Shown in pieces: positions 1 to 12,509 of a DNA stretch of 64,000 nt. Source of the DNA: Marsupella aquatica (lineage: Eukaryota; Plantae; Marchantiophyta); contig OZ316899.1 in the NCBI GenBank assembly GCA_973895155.1, forward strand, positions 16,147,974-16,211,973, given 5' to 3'. Each line of letters opens with the position of its first letter. Position 1 is the first letter of the stretch. A model generated the notes under the pieces. That model made no database searches, was not told the origin of the DNA, and saw only the letters and a program-made list of their open reading frames with translations. Both the position numbers and the translations under genes were made by a program.

Positions 1-2556
1 TCGCGATCAAGAAACTCGACCACGCGGACTATCTCAAGGAGCATCAGTTGGAGCAGTTTGCTCACTTGCTATGGAGACCGTGCGCAGCCGGGCCAAAGGA
101 GATCTGTGAGTTCATCTCCAATTTCAACATTGACGCATCAACCACCAAGGTTTCAGGACAAACCTTATCACTCACAGAGCATTGGCTAGCACAGATCTTC
201 TGCCTGCCAACTAGGTCGGTGTCGGTTGAACTCCAAATTTGGGATAAGGAGTATACACCTCGGCACTTCAAACTCGAGGGTAAGACAGACAATGGATACA
301 AGCAGGGGTCATGCACCAACTTACTCTGTATGGAGCGGCTTAACTTCATACGGACTACCCTACACATGATTGAGCCACGATCCGAGATCTCCCTCTGCAC
401 GATCGTACAGGTGGAACAGTACAAACGGTGGAACTGGGCCCAATTCTTTTACCGGAGGTTCTCGGGGGAGCTTAAGCAGGCTCAGGGAGGTATGGCTATC
501 AGGGGGAGGACTTACCTAGGAAGTCATATCGCCATCATCCTCGCCTGGTACAAGGCACGGCGGGAGGCCAGGGGAAAGAATATGGCCACCTCAGCCCCGA
601 CTAATGTCACCCCCACTCCGGAGGAGGCTACCCTGAGTGAGCGGACTACCACACCTGGGGAAAACCCAGAGCCGGAGGCCCCGACTAATACTCCGTCACC
701 TCCCCGGGTTGAAATTCCACCGCCCCCTTTCGTCGAGCCTCCGCTACCCCCGGTACAACCACTTCCAATCCCTCCACCACCTGAAGAAACCTTCCCCTCC
801 CCATTGCAGACTACGGAGGAGCTCACCACCCCACCTGAGGAACCGCCGGTACCCGAGAGGATGGAGGACTACCAAGTAGCCCCGGGGACCATGGCCTACG
901 ACCTGGTCCAGAAGTTTAGTCAAACTCTGTCAGGGGAGCTGGCGACGTACATCGGACAACAAGTCTCAACGTACTTTCAACCAGCCTTCTTCATGTTTGA
1001 GCACCAACCACGGATCGTAAGCCACTTGGAGGAAGAACTCATGGCGAAGGGGAACAAGATTGGGCGCCTCCAAATGCTGGTAGAACACCTCGAGGAGGAG
1101 GCCACTACCCACCGTGAGGAGTTAGCCCGCACCGTCAAACAGCGGGACGGACTAACCTAGGATTGAGCGGGGCGCAAATGGATCTCAAGAAGCTGGATGA
1201 CACCGTGCTTCAGCTGCGCTCGGAATCCTCGGCTCGGATTACCAGCTTGACCGACCTCAACAACCAATTCTTGCAGGCAGCTCAGCAGGTGGCTAGTCTC
1301 TCCGCCAAACGGGATAAATTGCTGGCGCAAGACCAGGCCTAGCGTGACTCCATTAACCAGCTCAACCTGGAGGTAGTACGGCTCCAAGCAGAGGCCGATG
1401 AGGCGGCAAACAAGCCAGAGGAGGCGGTATGGGATAACAAGGCCTTGCAGGACCGCGTTACTCTGCTCGTCCTCCAGCGGGAAAGACCTGGGCCCACCTC
1501 TGATCAAGGCGGCTCAAGGTCTCGCCCCGACAAGGGGAAAAACCCTGGCCCAACCACAGCACGCACGTAAGGGGTGGTTATCGAAGGGTCTGAGCAGGCA
1601 CCGCACAGGGCAGTTGAGTCAGCAGCATCTGTCTGATTAGGCTTAACAACAGAAGGGCTGTCATTAGGCGCCAATTAGCGGCACAGTAGGAAGAATTAGG
1701 ATAGGATCAGTTAGGATCAGCCAACGTAGGATAGAGTCCATCAACCGACTAGATTTTGGTCAGTAGACTTAGCTGCTGCCACCCCGGTCAGTGCCCCTGC
1801 CGCCGACGGTCAACCGGTCACAGGAGTGCGGCCGGTTAGTCAGAAGGTAGTTAGTCAATAGGCATTACCCCGGAAGGTAGTATCTTCCGGTTCCCTTCCA
1901 CAACCATAGTATTTAGGCTTCCCCTTCCGCTGTGGGAGGGGGGAGAGGGCTTAGTTATCTCAGCGCAAGAAAAGGCAAGGCACGGGGAGTCCCGGCCTGA
2001 GCAGGGTCAGAGTGCACTAAGGAGTGAGAGCCAGAGTCGAGCTTGCTAGGCAAGCATGGGGCGGGGCCTCGAGAGACTGGGCATCAACTGCCGTTAGGCC
2101 TGCTGACCCCCTTAGAAGTCGAGTCAACTATGTAAACTGATTTCTTGCTAAGTAAATGTAGTCTTTTCCCCCTGATTCTATTGGGGGTAGCTGGTGTTGT
2201 GTATGTTTTGTCTGGGCAAAGGCGTCATTTCAAGGGACGTACTGGGTGCAGACTAATGGTAGGGATTGCCACCCATTGCATACTACAAGGTTATGTCGCG
2301 TCGATGGCTTGAAAGCCCCAAGCCGGGAGTTAGTCCGAGTCACTAACTGTGGGAATATTCCAGCGGTGGAAAACAAACATACCTATGGCCAGTACGAGTT
2401 GTGTAATTATTATACCGGTAAGTATATTGACTTAGCCCGACTTAGGGCTAATCGAGGCCACTACACACCTCCTTGCCCAAACCCTCACCCCTACTGGTGG
2501 TCGAGGTCGCCCCATGGAACTAAACTGGATTTAAGGCCCGGGTAAGGGGCGCGACA
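1..2556 (+). mobile_element. Right part of an LTR retrotransposon LTR/3' region (probably Ty3/gypsy); left end lies outside the window
   Basis: Ends in GGGGCGCGACA (2546-2556), directly abutting MULE coding sequence. Contains an ORF homologous to the one inside the TG..CA unit at 5097-31423. Confidence 0.6.
48..1505 (+). pseudogene. Retroelement accessory ORF (plant-mobile-domain-like region, Pro-rich linker, coiled coil), 5' truncated
   Basis: ORF 48-1160, with coiled-coil-like sequence continuing past stops. Aligns by eye with 16249-17231 (NGYKQGSCTN..NFIRTTLH vs NGFFRNQCTN..DFLRVTLH; YLGSHIAIILAWY vs RLGYHLQLLCQY). Confidence 0.6.
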
Positions 2557-5096
2557 ATTGGAAGACGCACAACTGAATCCAATATTTACTAGATTTACTA
2601 GGGTTGTTTTCATGCGTCGCAATCAAAATTTGTCTTCCCCATCCGTTTCCTTGGATGATCTTTTCACAAGCCACAATCCTCATTTGCTCTTCATTTGCAA
2701 ACTGAATCCTTTTAACAAGTTTTGCAGTGAAGTTGAAATGTTGACGAGCACCCTTCCCATTTTGTGTCCTCAGTTGTCTATTCAAATAGTTACATCAACC
2801 TTTTATGGGAAAGAGTTAGCGTCAATTTGAAGTTCCACATGACCTGGAGGAGCAACACTGCCATCTGGTTCACAATCCGACCATCAATCTGAAAACCCAA
2901 GCCAATCAAGAAGCTGATTTCAGGAGGAGTTAAGTCTGTCCTTGAAGAACTTTTAGAGATGAGGGTACTATGGGAAGTTGGGCAATTGACTTGCAACCCC
3001 TGGTCTTGTGGCAGACATTGTTTGGGCAAAAGTATAAGAATTGAGGATGTGGTGAAGTCATCCTCAAACCATGGATTGCAACCCCAACCACACCGCAAGA
3101 CCGAGTATGATAACCTACTTCCTTGATTAAGTTTTGACAGTCATCTCTTCCAGAAATGGTCCGATCCATAGACCCATTGCACACTGGACCATTTCCTTTC
3201 TTGCACCGCCTTAAGTGCCAAGTACCAAATGGGACATCAACTTCATTTACTGCAGGAATTCTCATTGGTGAAACATAAATTGGTTCCTCCGAACAAACAG
3301 GAGATATATCTTGTTGTGGCAATGGTTTAGGAATTTCCAAAGTGTCATCTCCTGAGCTCTCAGTGTCATTCCTTTTGTTATCGGAAAGAAGAATCATGAT
3401 GGACGGATCTGGACAACTAGAGAATGTTGAAGGATGGAGTATGCCCAAAGCTTCCTTCAACTCGTCGCTCTCTTCCATGACATTGACACCCCGGAAATCA
3501 GAATATAAATTTCTTGGATGTACGCCTCTTGTCACCGCCTCCATCCAATCACCTTATCATGTCGATGAGAGTCTTCAGCACCAACTCTAGCCAAAGCTTG
3601 GCCCTTTCATTTCCAGACTTTGTGCACAGATCTCCATGAAGTGGTTGAGTGCGATGGAAATCATATTTTGGAGATGATTCAAGCAGAAGATTGGTTGCTT
3701 TCTCAAAAACATCAAGGGATCCTAGTGTATCTACATTCCTATATGCAAGCTCAAATATGGTAGGTCTGTGTCCCCTGTGGCATCCTTCAATGTACGCAGC
3801 AAAGGCAGCAATCTGCCCACCAGCACAATTTTGATCAAGCTCACAATTTCTATCAGTCCAATCTTCTTCTTCATTTGACAAGCTCTCATTGAACCATGTA
3901 CATATTTGGCTCCAGTTTAATTAGGCATCAATTCTGACTCCTTTGTTGTTTGAGTCTGAAGTTGAGCCAGAAACAAACACAATCATTGGGAGGCACATAC
4001 TTGATTTCAAGATTACATTCAGACAAGAAAAGAATGCTAGCAACATTGCTAGCCAAAAAAGATGGTTTACTTACCAGTTTGAAGAAGTTTCCCCACTGTC
4101 GCCATCAGACAACCCACCAAGCAATCTAGCCTTGCAAAGATCTCAACTTTCCTGGGTGACAATTTCCACACTTTCACCACTCTTGAATATTGTTAGCTAC
4201 CCTGTACGCTTGAACATATGTGGGTGCGTTCCTAAATTTCTCCCACATTTTGTAATGTTCGAAGTGTTTCCCTTCACGAATTCCCTCCACCGTATGATGT
4301 CTTAGTGACTGCCAGAAATGGAATGCATCACTATGTTCTTTCTCAAGGAGACGAACACCATCAAAGAAAACATTTCTCACAACAATCCATCCAGCTTCAG
4401 CATTGTCAGCCATAAAACCAACTATGTTTACATTGGAAATACCATTCTCAGCAGAGTAAAGTTACATCATCAGTTATCAATAGTTTCCATCAGTTGACCT
4501 GATATCAGTTGCCACATCATCTTAGAGAGGCCGCCAAGATGCGGCGCCAAAAGAAAATGCAAAAAAAAAATTAAAAATTGAAATGTCGGAATGTCGGATT
4601 TTTTTTATTTTTTATTTTTTTTTGAAATTTTTTTGTTTGAAATTTTCAAAAAATTAATTTTGAATTTTTTCCCCATTTTTTTTGTCCGTACACCAATCTC
4701 GACAAAGTCAGCTAAGATTGACTTAATCTCAGCTGCCTAGCTAAGATGCGGGGAAGTGCAAAGTCACCATCTCAGTTGCTCAGCTGAGATTCAAAAATTT
4801 CAAGGCGGAAAAACTGATAGCTAATATCAACGGCTGATATCAGTTATCAGCCACTAATAACTGATGATTTTTGCTACCCCTTCTCAGAAGCAACTTCCAA
4901 CATTAAATGCCATGCAGTTTCTAGTGACTCAACATCCTTGGCTTTCAATTCACAAATGAAGATAGTATAAAGAGCGCGATAAGTGTGATCGTATACATGA
5001 GCACTAAAAGTTAACCAACCAATAGTTATTCTGTGCATCACATAACTCACCCAAGCTCCCTCTAAAGTTCCACCTTTTTGCATCCGATTGAGAATG
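2557..5096 (-). pseudogene. Mutator-like (MULE) transposase, catalytic and C-terminal Cys-rich part
   Basis: Motifs GWLTFSAHVYD and IVGFMADNAEAGW, Cys-rich C-terminus, several stops and frameshifts. The frame rejoins across the MITE (EVASENGISNVNIVGFMADN) and across the LTR to 31424 (GSGVDILNRMQKGG). Confidence 0.75.
4452..4880. mobile_element. Non-autonomous TIR element (hAT-like MITE)
   Basis: Subterminal inverted repeats ATCATCAGTTAT/ATAACTGATGAT. Flanking direct repeat TTCTCAG (4445-4451, 4881-4887). Removal restores the MULE frame. Confidence 0.8.
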
Positions 5097-8000
5097 TGTG
5101 ATGCCTTGCCAGGATCACGAAGTACTTAGTTAAGCCTAAAATAATGGCTAAATAAAGATAATGGCTAAATAGTATAAGGTAGGAATAAAGACTGAAGCCG
5201 ATTGCAATGTGTTATAAGGAGGATTGCGATAAGGTAAGATCCAACGGTCGCGATTGAGCGGGATTAGGGTTATGACCTAATCCAAGCTTGATCAGGCAAG
5301 CCATCAGGAGGCGGCTTCGCAGGGAGGGGACCGACATTCTGTACACTTGCTCATTTGCTTGTTCGATCAACCTACACTAGAAGAAATCCACCCGTTTTGA
5401 GACCTAGAGATGTGTGACTTGTCCAAGACCTTCATGAAATAGCGACTCCAAGGTTGTTGGTGTCATGTTAGTCACACCTTCTTGACTGAGTTTTGGTGAA
5501 GTTTTGCCAAGTCATGTTTACAACTTTTAGGTAAGTTGCAACTATAACTTAGTTAAGGCAATTAGGGTGAAGTTATACAAGTGACTCTACATTAGAGTAC
5601 AACTTATGAGACCACTACATTTGAACCCTTAAACCTTAAAGTATGGGATCCGCGACCATATACATATGATTTTGGATACACCATATGTCATTCCACATCA
5701 ATTTAATAATAGTTTAGTCATACCATTCTAAACCATAATTACTCCTGACCCCATTTAGACACAATGAAGCCTCAACCCCATTCAAACAAAAAAGGCCGGC
5801 TTTGTCAAACCTTGTTATTAACCTAACTTAATGCTTTTTGTAGTCAATCTCTAATTTTCCCCATCTTTACCACTTGTCCTACCCTCTATACCAGCCATAG
5901 AACATTGGATGTCCAACTACTATATTTTTGCATGCTATATATATATGCATATGAAGAAGGCTTGATCTTAGATAGTATTATTTTTCTTTTAGGCTCATCA
6001 TTTGTGCTCTTAATTAACGAACATGCAACAAGGCTATTGTAAGGTTAATCCTAGCCCTGTGCATTCATTTAATCTTTGCTCATATTGTGTTGTGTCAAAT
6101 TTGCTTTAGGGTTTACGGCTCATGTCAACGCAAAGTGGTCGAGTGTCACTGGGTTCAGTTCTCTCACTAAGTGTTAAGGTATGCATTGTGCGTGAGTTTG
6201 CCTTTGGATACGAGTTTAGGGTGGGCGGGTTTTTCAACAGGAAACACACTAGCAGAGTGCAAATGGGAGTTGAAGGTGCGCGGGAACTCAGAGGTTTTTG
6301 TCAAGGAAAAACTCAGATGTCCATTGTGCTTACCAACAACCATCATTTAGGGCGAGGAGCTTTACGGACTTCACTCCCGCTTGTCGTGCTTGAGTGTACA
6401 TCTGCCCTCTATACTTTTGGGAGCTTTGGACTAGAGCAGATGATCGGAAGCCTTGGACGAGAGACACAGACTCCAATATCCAGCTCGTAGATCAATCCGT
6501 GATTGATTTTGTCAGGTGTGCGACCTTCAAGCTCTTCTCCATTGTGCGCTTCCAGTTGAATGCTGCAAGGTCTGAATACTATCGGGAGCTCGCATTTGGG
6601 CCAAGGTTTAGGTATTTTGTCATTGGAGGACTGAGCTGTGGGTTTAGGCCAAGTTACTATGAGCTTATGTTGTTGCAACTGTGACCGATAACTGAGGAGT
6701 TGCGACCAGGAGCTTATTTTGTTGCAGCACTGCCGTGGGCAAGGGGTTGTGGAGAATCGGGGAGCTGCGACGTAGAACTGAGGAGCTACGAAAAAGTGGG
6801 GAGTGATCTTGAAGGCCAACTATCTAGCGTGAGGTGGATCATCGTGGTTGCAACAGCGATCGGGCCCTTTTTTGCATTGGCATTGTCAGTAAGACAATCT
6901 GTGGACACGCGAAAGAGTCGCAAGGAGTTGTTCTTGTGGGCAGAGATTGGAGTTCACATTTGGTAAGTCCACCTCAATAATGACATACATTGTAGGTGGA
7001 GGCAATGTTATGGCCTCTTGTTGTCTTTAAACTCATTCTCCACTCACAAGAGAATGAGGATTGATTGTGTCCTGAGAAGCTTAACAATTTATGTTGTTGA
7101 CATCATCCACATTGAGTGACGGTGAGCTCAAGTCAGTGAGTGGCCGATCGAAGGGGACATTTGTGCTCTTCATTACATGCTCGGGCAAGAGTGATTGATC
7201 TACTAATCGCAAGCGCTCCCAGGTATCCATTTGTCGTTAAGGCTTGAAGCTTCACCGGGAGCTGCGACCGTCAGTGGGGAGGAGTTGGAGGTTGTGTTGC
7301 GCTCGTCTTTGGAGGCGAGAGGTGAAATGCCGTAGCTTTGTTCAGGTGATGCAGCCATTTTTCTCAGGCAACAAGGTAAAATCTATGAGCTTCAAGCTGT
7401 TGGTGAGCTAAGCAGCCACTGTGTTTATGCAAGCTATTGGTGTTTATGCAATCTTTGTAACTCAATCGTGTGACAATAATCTTTGAATCTCCACTAGACT
7501 TGGGAGTGATAATGCGGACTTGTGTTTGCCGCATTTCTTCAATTTCTTAAGGCAGCGGGAAGGAATAGGTTTGTGAGGTACAGGATACACATGTATATGA
7601 TTCCCAACGATTCCTGCTAATGAATTACACGTTTGGTTGCAGCAAGGAACAAAAGATTGAAGCCATTTCTTGGGTCTCCCGGAGTAAGGTTTAAGGTCAG
7701 TAAGGATTCCAGTGTCTCACTCATAGTTGAATTCTTGCACCTCCGCTTGCATCTTCCAAACATTCTACTATGAAGATAATATAGGAATGAGATGCAAGGT
7801 TTTAGGTCATGTTTCTCTTTGCAGGACGGGTTTTCTCCGCTTTGCGCGTGGGAGCTGAAAACTTAGAGTTGAGGCATCAATCTTTAAGGGAGCTTGGAGT
7901 GGAAGCCGACAACTTGGAGCGGGACTTCGAGTTGCTGTTACTAGCTACATTGGACTTGTGAGTCATGGTTGCAGCTACGTCTTGGAGCTGAAACCTGGGA

Positions 8001-11000
8001 GCTAAAACCTGGGAACTTAGAGTGGGCCAACGCAAGCTCTATACAAGGCAGGAGTTGTGCAATTTAAGGTGAGAGTCAGTAGCTTTTGGGATTCACCATC
8101 TTTCATTGTTGTCATCGCTGCTCTCGTCTATCGCTACGGCCGATTGCTGCTCTGCATTTTTGCCATGGGTTGCCAGTCTGCCAAATGCTGAGTGAGACAG
8201 AGGCTACAACCTGGGTGCGCGGAGGTCCTCACTAATCCCATGGTTTACAGTTTGCAAAATGTGACAGCCCCAGTGAGAGCTTTCGGCTACAGTGAGGTAA
8301 AGGGTGTTCTTACTCGTGCTACAGTTGCTTTGACTTGCTGAGTTCCAGCAAATTGAGTTTTAGGTGCGGTCAATGAGAGTTGAGCTGTTTGAGCTGCAGT
8401 CACTGAGAGTTTAGAGTTTGAGCTACGGTCACTGAATGCTGGCATTGAGGTGCACGCCCTTCACATTGATCAGTGAAGGCTACGGCCGGGGTGATTATGA
8501 CAGTGATTCCAATGCAAACCGTCCAGGTAGGATTTATGTGACATTGTGTACAATGAAAGTGGCCCTGCTTATTGACTGCTTAATGTTTATGTTGCAACTG
8601 GCAGCAGATGCATGGAGTGCAGCGAAGGGAGGCGCTATTCATGTGAGCTGACAGGGGAGCTGGACTTGTGAGCCATGGTTGCAGCTACGTCTTGGAGCTA
8701 CGACCTATGAGTTGTGGCTGGAGCTACGACTTGACCTGAAGGTGACGCATGAAGTGTAGAGTAATTTTACAATCCATGAATGTTTGTACTCAATGTTATA
8801 GATGCATAGGGTGGGTGTTGCATTTTGTTACTGTAAAATGTCCGTGATGTCGTGAGATGTTCTGTTCCTTGGATTGAGACGATCTCTGCATCAGCAATTA
8901 TTGTATGTCATGTCTCACCTCAGATCATGAACGTGATTGGTTGGAGACTATATTAATTGGGGAGGAGCTCCAATCCGTTGTCATTGCTTCTCAGTGGAGT
9001 GTTCTTTTAGTAAGCTGCAGGGGGCAACAGAGCGCAAGTTGCTGCTTGCAAGTTCCCGCCTGCTACCTGCTACCTACGACTTCCGCCTGAAAGGTATGGC
9101 ATTCACATATGCGCATTTCTGGTCTCCAGTTGATCAATGTACTTATTCCCGCTGCCTTGAAATGGACCTCAAATTTCCATGCTCCAATACGCTACTGTGA
9201 TCGAAGCCTATCACGATGCAAAAACAAAGGAGAGGCAGAATCAGAGCCCGGACACCAACGTGTACAGATATCATGAAGCTAAAATAGAGGAGAGGAAGAA
9301 TCAGTGCTCGGCTCGGACACCAAAGTGTACAGACATCATGAAGCTAACTACAAGCTAGCAGATAGGTCAAATGCTCCCAAATAGAGTCAGAGGAAAGTTA
9401 CTAAAACTACCTTCACAACTCTCAAGTCTGGAAAGTAAAAATCAGCCTGAGACACGCAGCAAGAACTGTTGTTTGCTAGGAACTGTTGTCTGCTAGGAAC
9501 TGTTGTCTGCTTTCTTGGGGATCGTCATGTGTATGTAACTGCATACACATTCTACCTGAGGGGAGTATGACTGTACACCTCAGGTAGAACCGAGTACTAT
9601 CTATCGCATGATATAATTCCTCTACAATTTTGTATTAATGTTGCCTAAGTGCTTTGTTGTATTGTTTTGGTTGTAATGACGTCACTTGCATTTCATAGTC
9701 AGTCTTAGTTGGTTGGCTTGGTACTCATTTGCTTTTCACTCCCTCTGGCTAGTGAATTTGTCTATTGTTGCTGAGTTTTTTGCGTAAGAACTACATGTTC
9801 TTCACTTTCTTGATTGTACTCTCTCCCCTATGGAAGACTATTGGCTTGGGCTGCCAGCCTTCTCTCTGTTTCAATTTGTTGTCCCTATGGTCAAACACTA
9901 CTTGGTTAGTGGTTTTGCTCTATTTTTGTCTGTTTTGCCTTCAAGTAGGACATGGATGAATTGAGCTTGGAGGCAACAAAATGGCAAGGCCGAATCTGAA
10001 TGGTTCCAAAAGTATGTGTGCTGCATTTTGATCTGGAGAACCAATTGTAGAGTTGACTCTTTTGAATGTTGTAGTCTATTTTGCCTTGAACTGGGCCATG
10101 GATGAATTGAGCTTGGAGGCAGTTTTTTTCATTCCCATCTTCCTGAAGCCTTGTTTGCTTTCTGCCACCCCCTTGTGGTGGGGACTTTTCTTGAAAGATC
10201 CTTATTGTGAACAGAGTTTGTACTTTGATTATGAAGTTTGACTGAGTTTCTGTTTACTGAAAGAATGTGACTGTGTAAGAGTTTCGTTTGGCAGTGGATT
10301 GGTTGAAGCACTTCCTGCTAGTGTGTTGTCCACAGCTCTTCAACCAGCTTTTGTATTCCTTGTCTTTCACCACTTATGGTGACATCAATTCAGCTAAGAC
10401 CATAGAAGGTTCCAAAGCATCTAACTTGTAAAATCGCATTCTGTTACATCAAGGACTAAGGTGTTGGGTGCCAAAGGAGACAACACAGCAAACGTGCTGA
10501 AAAGACTTCAGGACTGGGTTCAACAAGGTAGTGAAGGTGCTTAGAGCCATAGTAAGTATGCATTTTGTATCCTTTCTCTGTTGATGTGAGCTTGTGCATA
10601 GTAGGAGTTGTAGTTGGCAAGAGTTCCATAAGGCCAAATATGAATAGTTCCAAAAGTATGTGTATGAACCAAGTGTAGAGTTGACTCTTTCTAAATATTG
10701 TAGTCTCTTTTGCCTTCAACTGGGCGATTGAGTACTGCTAGTGTATTCACCCCAATGAGCAATGCTTCTCCATTCAATCAGGTGAACGTACAGTTTGGTA
10801 GGGCCAATGCCATGTGATCATGTACTTGCTCTATAAAATTCTGAAGATATAAGCATTGTCTGTTAGACCAGGCAACTTGGGAGTTGCTAAGTGTCACTTG
10901 CATCTGAGGGGCTACACCAGGGGCATCAGTGGAGGTTCACTTGCACAACACGACAACCAGTGAATTTTCTCTCTGCTGCAACCTGCAAGGTGAGACTTTC

Positions 11001-11136
11001 GGTCTTTCTGGATGAAAAAACAGGATTTTAATATGATTGATAGACATGTCCGTCGAGAACATGGGTTTATCACCAAGCTCTTTGTCTTAGGAAACTCATA
11101 AACTCAGAATCAAATATGTACTATGCACGTTTCATG

Positions 11137-11694
11137 CTATGTGTATACTATGACCTGTAGTTGGAACCAAGACAGTGAGTGGGAACTGATTAGTTTAGGT
11201 TGGTTGTTGTTGGCGAGGCAAGTCAACCTCCTGCTTGCCTTGCTCATCAAAGGACGTGAATAGAGGACGTCACAACGAAAGCAACACTTATGGTGAGGAC
11301 CCACAACGCTGAACATGTGCGACTTGCACGCAAGGCAGAGATGTTGCCTTGAGTATGTCAGACTTGGGATCCTTCCAGCCCAGTTTGCATGGTACTTTGA
11401 GTACCCTGTTGTTTCCAGGAACAACTACAGCCAGCCTCTACCTGCTTCACTACCCTTCCCGACATCCTTGGTATTTGTGTCTCTTGTACATGACCCGCCA
11501 CAAATTAGGTGCCAAGGGTGTGTGCACAGTTGCCAATATGACTGTCCTGCCTGTAGGGCTTCTGGCCCAAAATTGGATGACCGTTCTCTTGGATGCCGAT
11601 TTTTGCACAGAGCACAATGTATCATCTGGAACCACTCGCCATCCTGTAGTGTGCCTGGTGATGTCACTTGTCCTGCCCTCCCAGACCCCACCAT
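11137..11694 (-). pseudogene. Cys/His-rich fragment with RING-H2-like spacing inside CACTA 1
   Basis: Two same-frame ORFs separated by one stop: CALC..CTHPWHLIC..CLAC..CFRC. Confidence 0.35.
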
Positions 11695-12355
11695 TGGTGG
11701 CTTTGGTGTCTACACATGTTTGGATCACATGCTCTAGAGGACCACTTGTCACACCACATGCATAGACCAGATACCATTGACCTATAGCTTAACACTCTGC
11801 CTTCAACACAGAGGATATTTACTTAAAATTTTGATGTATGAGCAATTTTGGGTCCAGGGTTTAGGGTCAACAGTACATAACTTATCCTATTATGCCTGCA
11901 CTAAGCAAAATATCCTAATTTAAGAGGCTAGCAAATTAACTCGCTTAAAAGTCTCTATTGAAAGACTACTTTAATATTGCTTTAACCTGGTGAACATTGC
12001 AACGTTGAATGAATTAATGGGCCATGTGATAACCTGCAAAATGTGATTTATGCCTCACTTATTTGTCTCAGCCACTATCATAGCCTATTTAGGATGTATA
12101 AATTTCAACCCTTATGACACTGCTTCATACCAATCCTCTTCGAAGAATGCCTGTTTTACATGTCACGACTATTGTATGTGATTCAAATGCATGAAATATT
12201 GTTGCAGATCTCCTTTGGTGAATCATAGCCACAATTAAAATTGTGGTGTTGGTGGAGAAATTGTATTAGGGGATCAGTTTTGTGTGTGGGCTCAACATAC
12301 CAAAAGTATGTGTGCTCTGCATCCTTGTGTGGCCATTCCAATTCATTGCAGTAGC

Positions 12356-12498
12356 AAATGCCTTTGTACCTTAAATGCTAAATATATTTTACTTTCTGTG
12401 CAGTCTGCTAAATTGTAGAGTCTATCTAAATGCCTTTGTACCTTAAATGCTAAATATATTTTACTTTCTTGCAGTCTGCTAAATTGTAGAGTCTATCT
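12356..12498 (+). repeat. 72-bp tandem duplication
   Basis: AAATGCCTTTGTACCTTAAATGC... starts at 12356 and at 12428. Confidence 0.95.
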
Positions 12499-12509
12499 CA
12501 TGCGCAGGC

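Noticed and set aside
1659-2556. Stand-alone ~900-bp LTR beginning TGTCA after AGAAGGGC
   Set aside because: The purine tract is weak, and the homologous unit at 5097-31423 suggests the LTR begins further left, outside the window.
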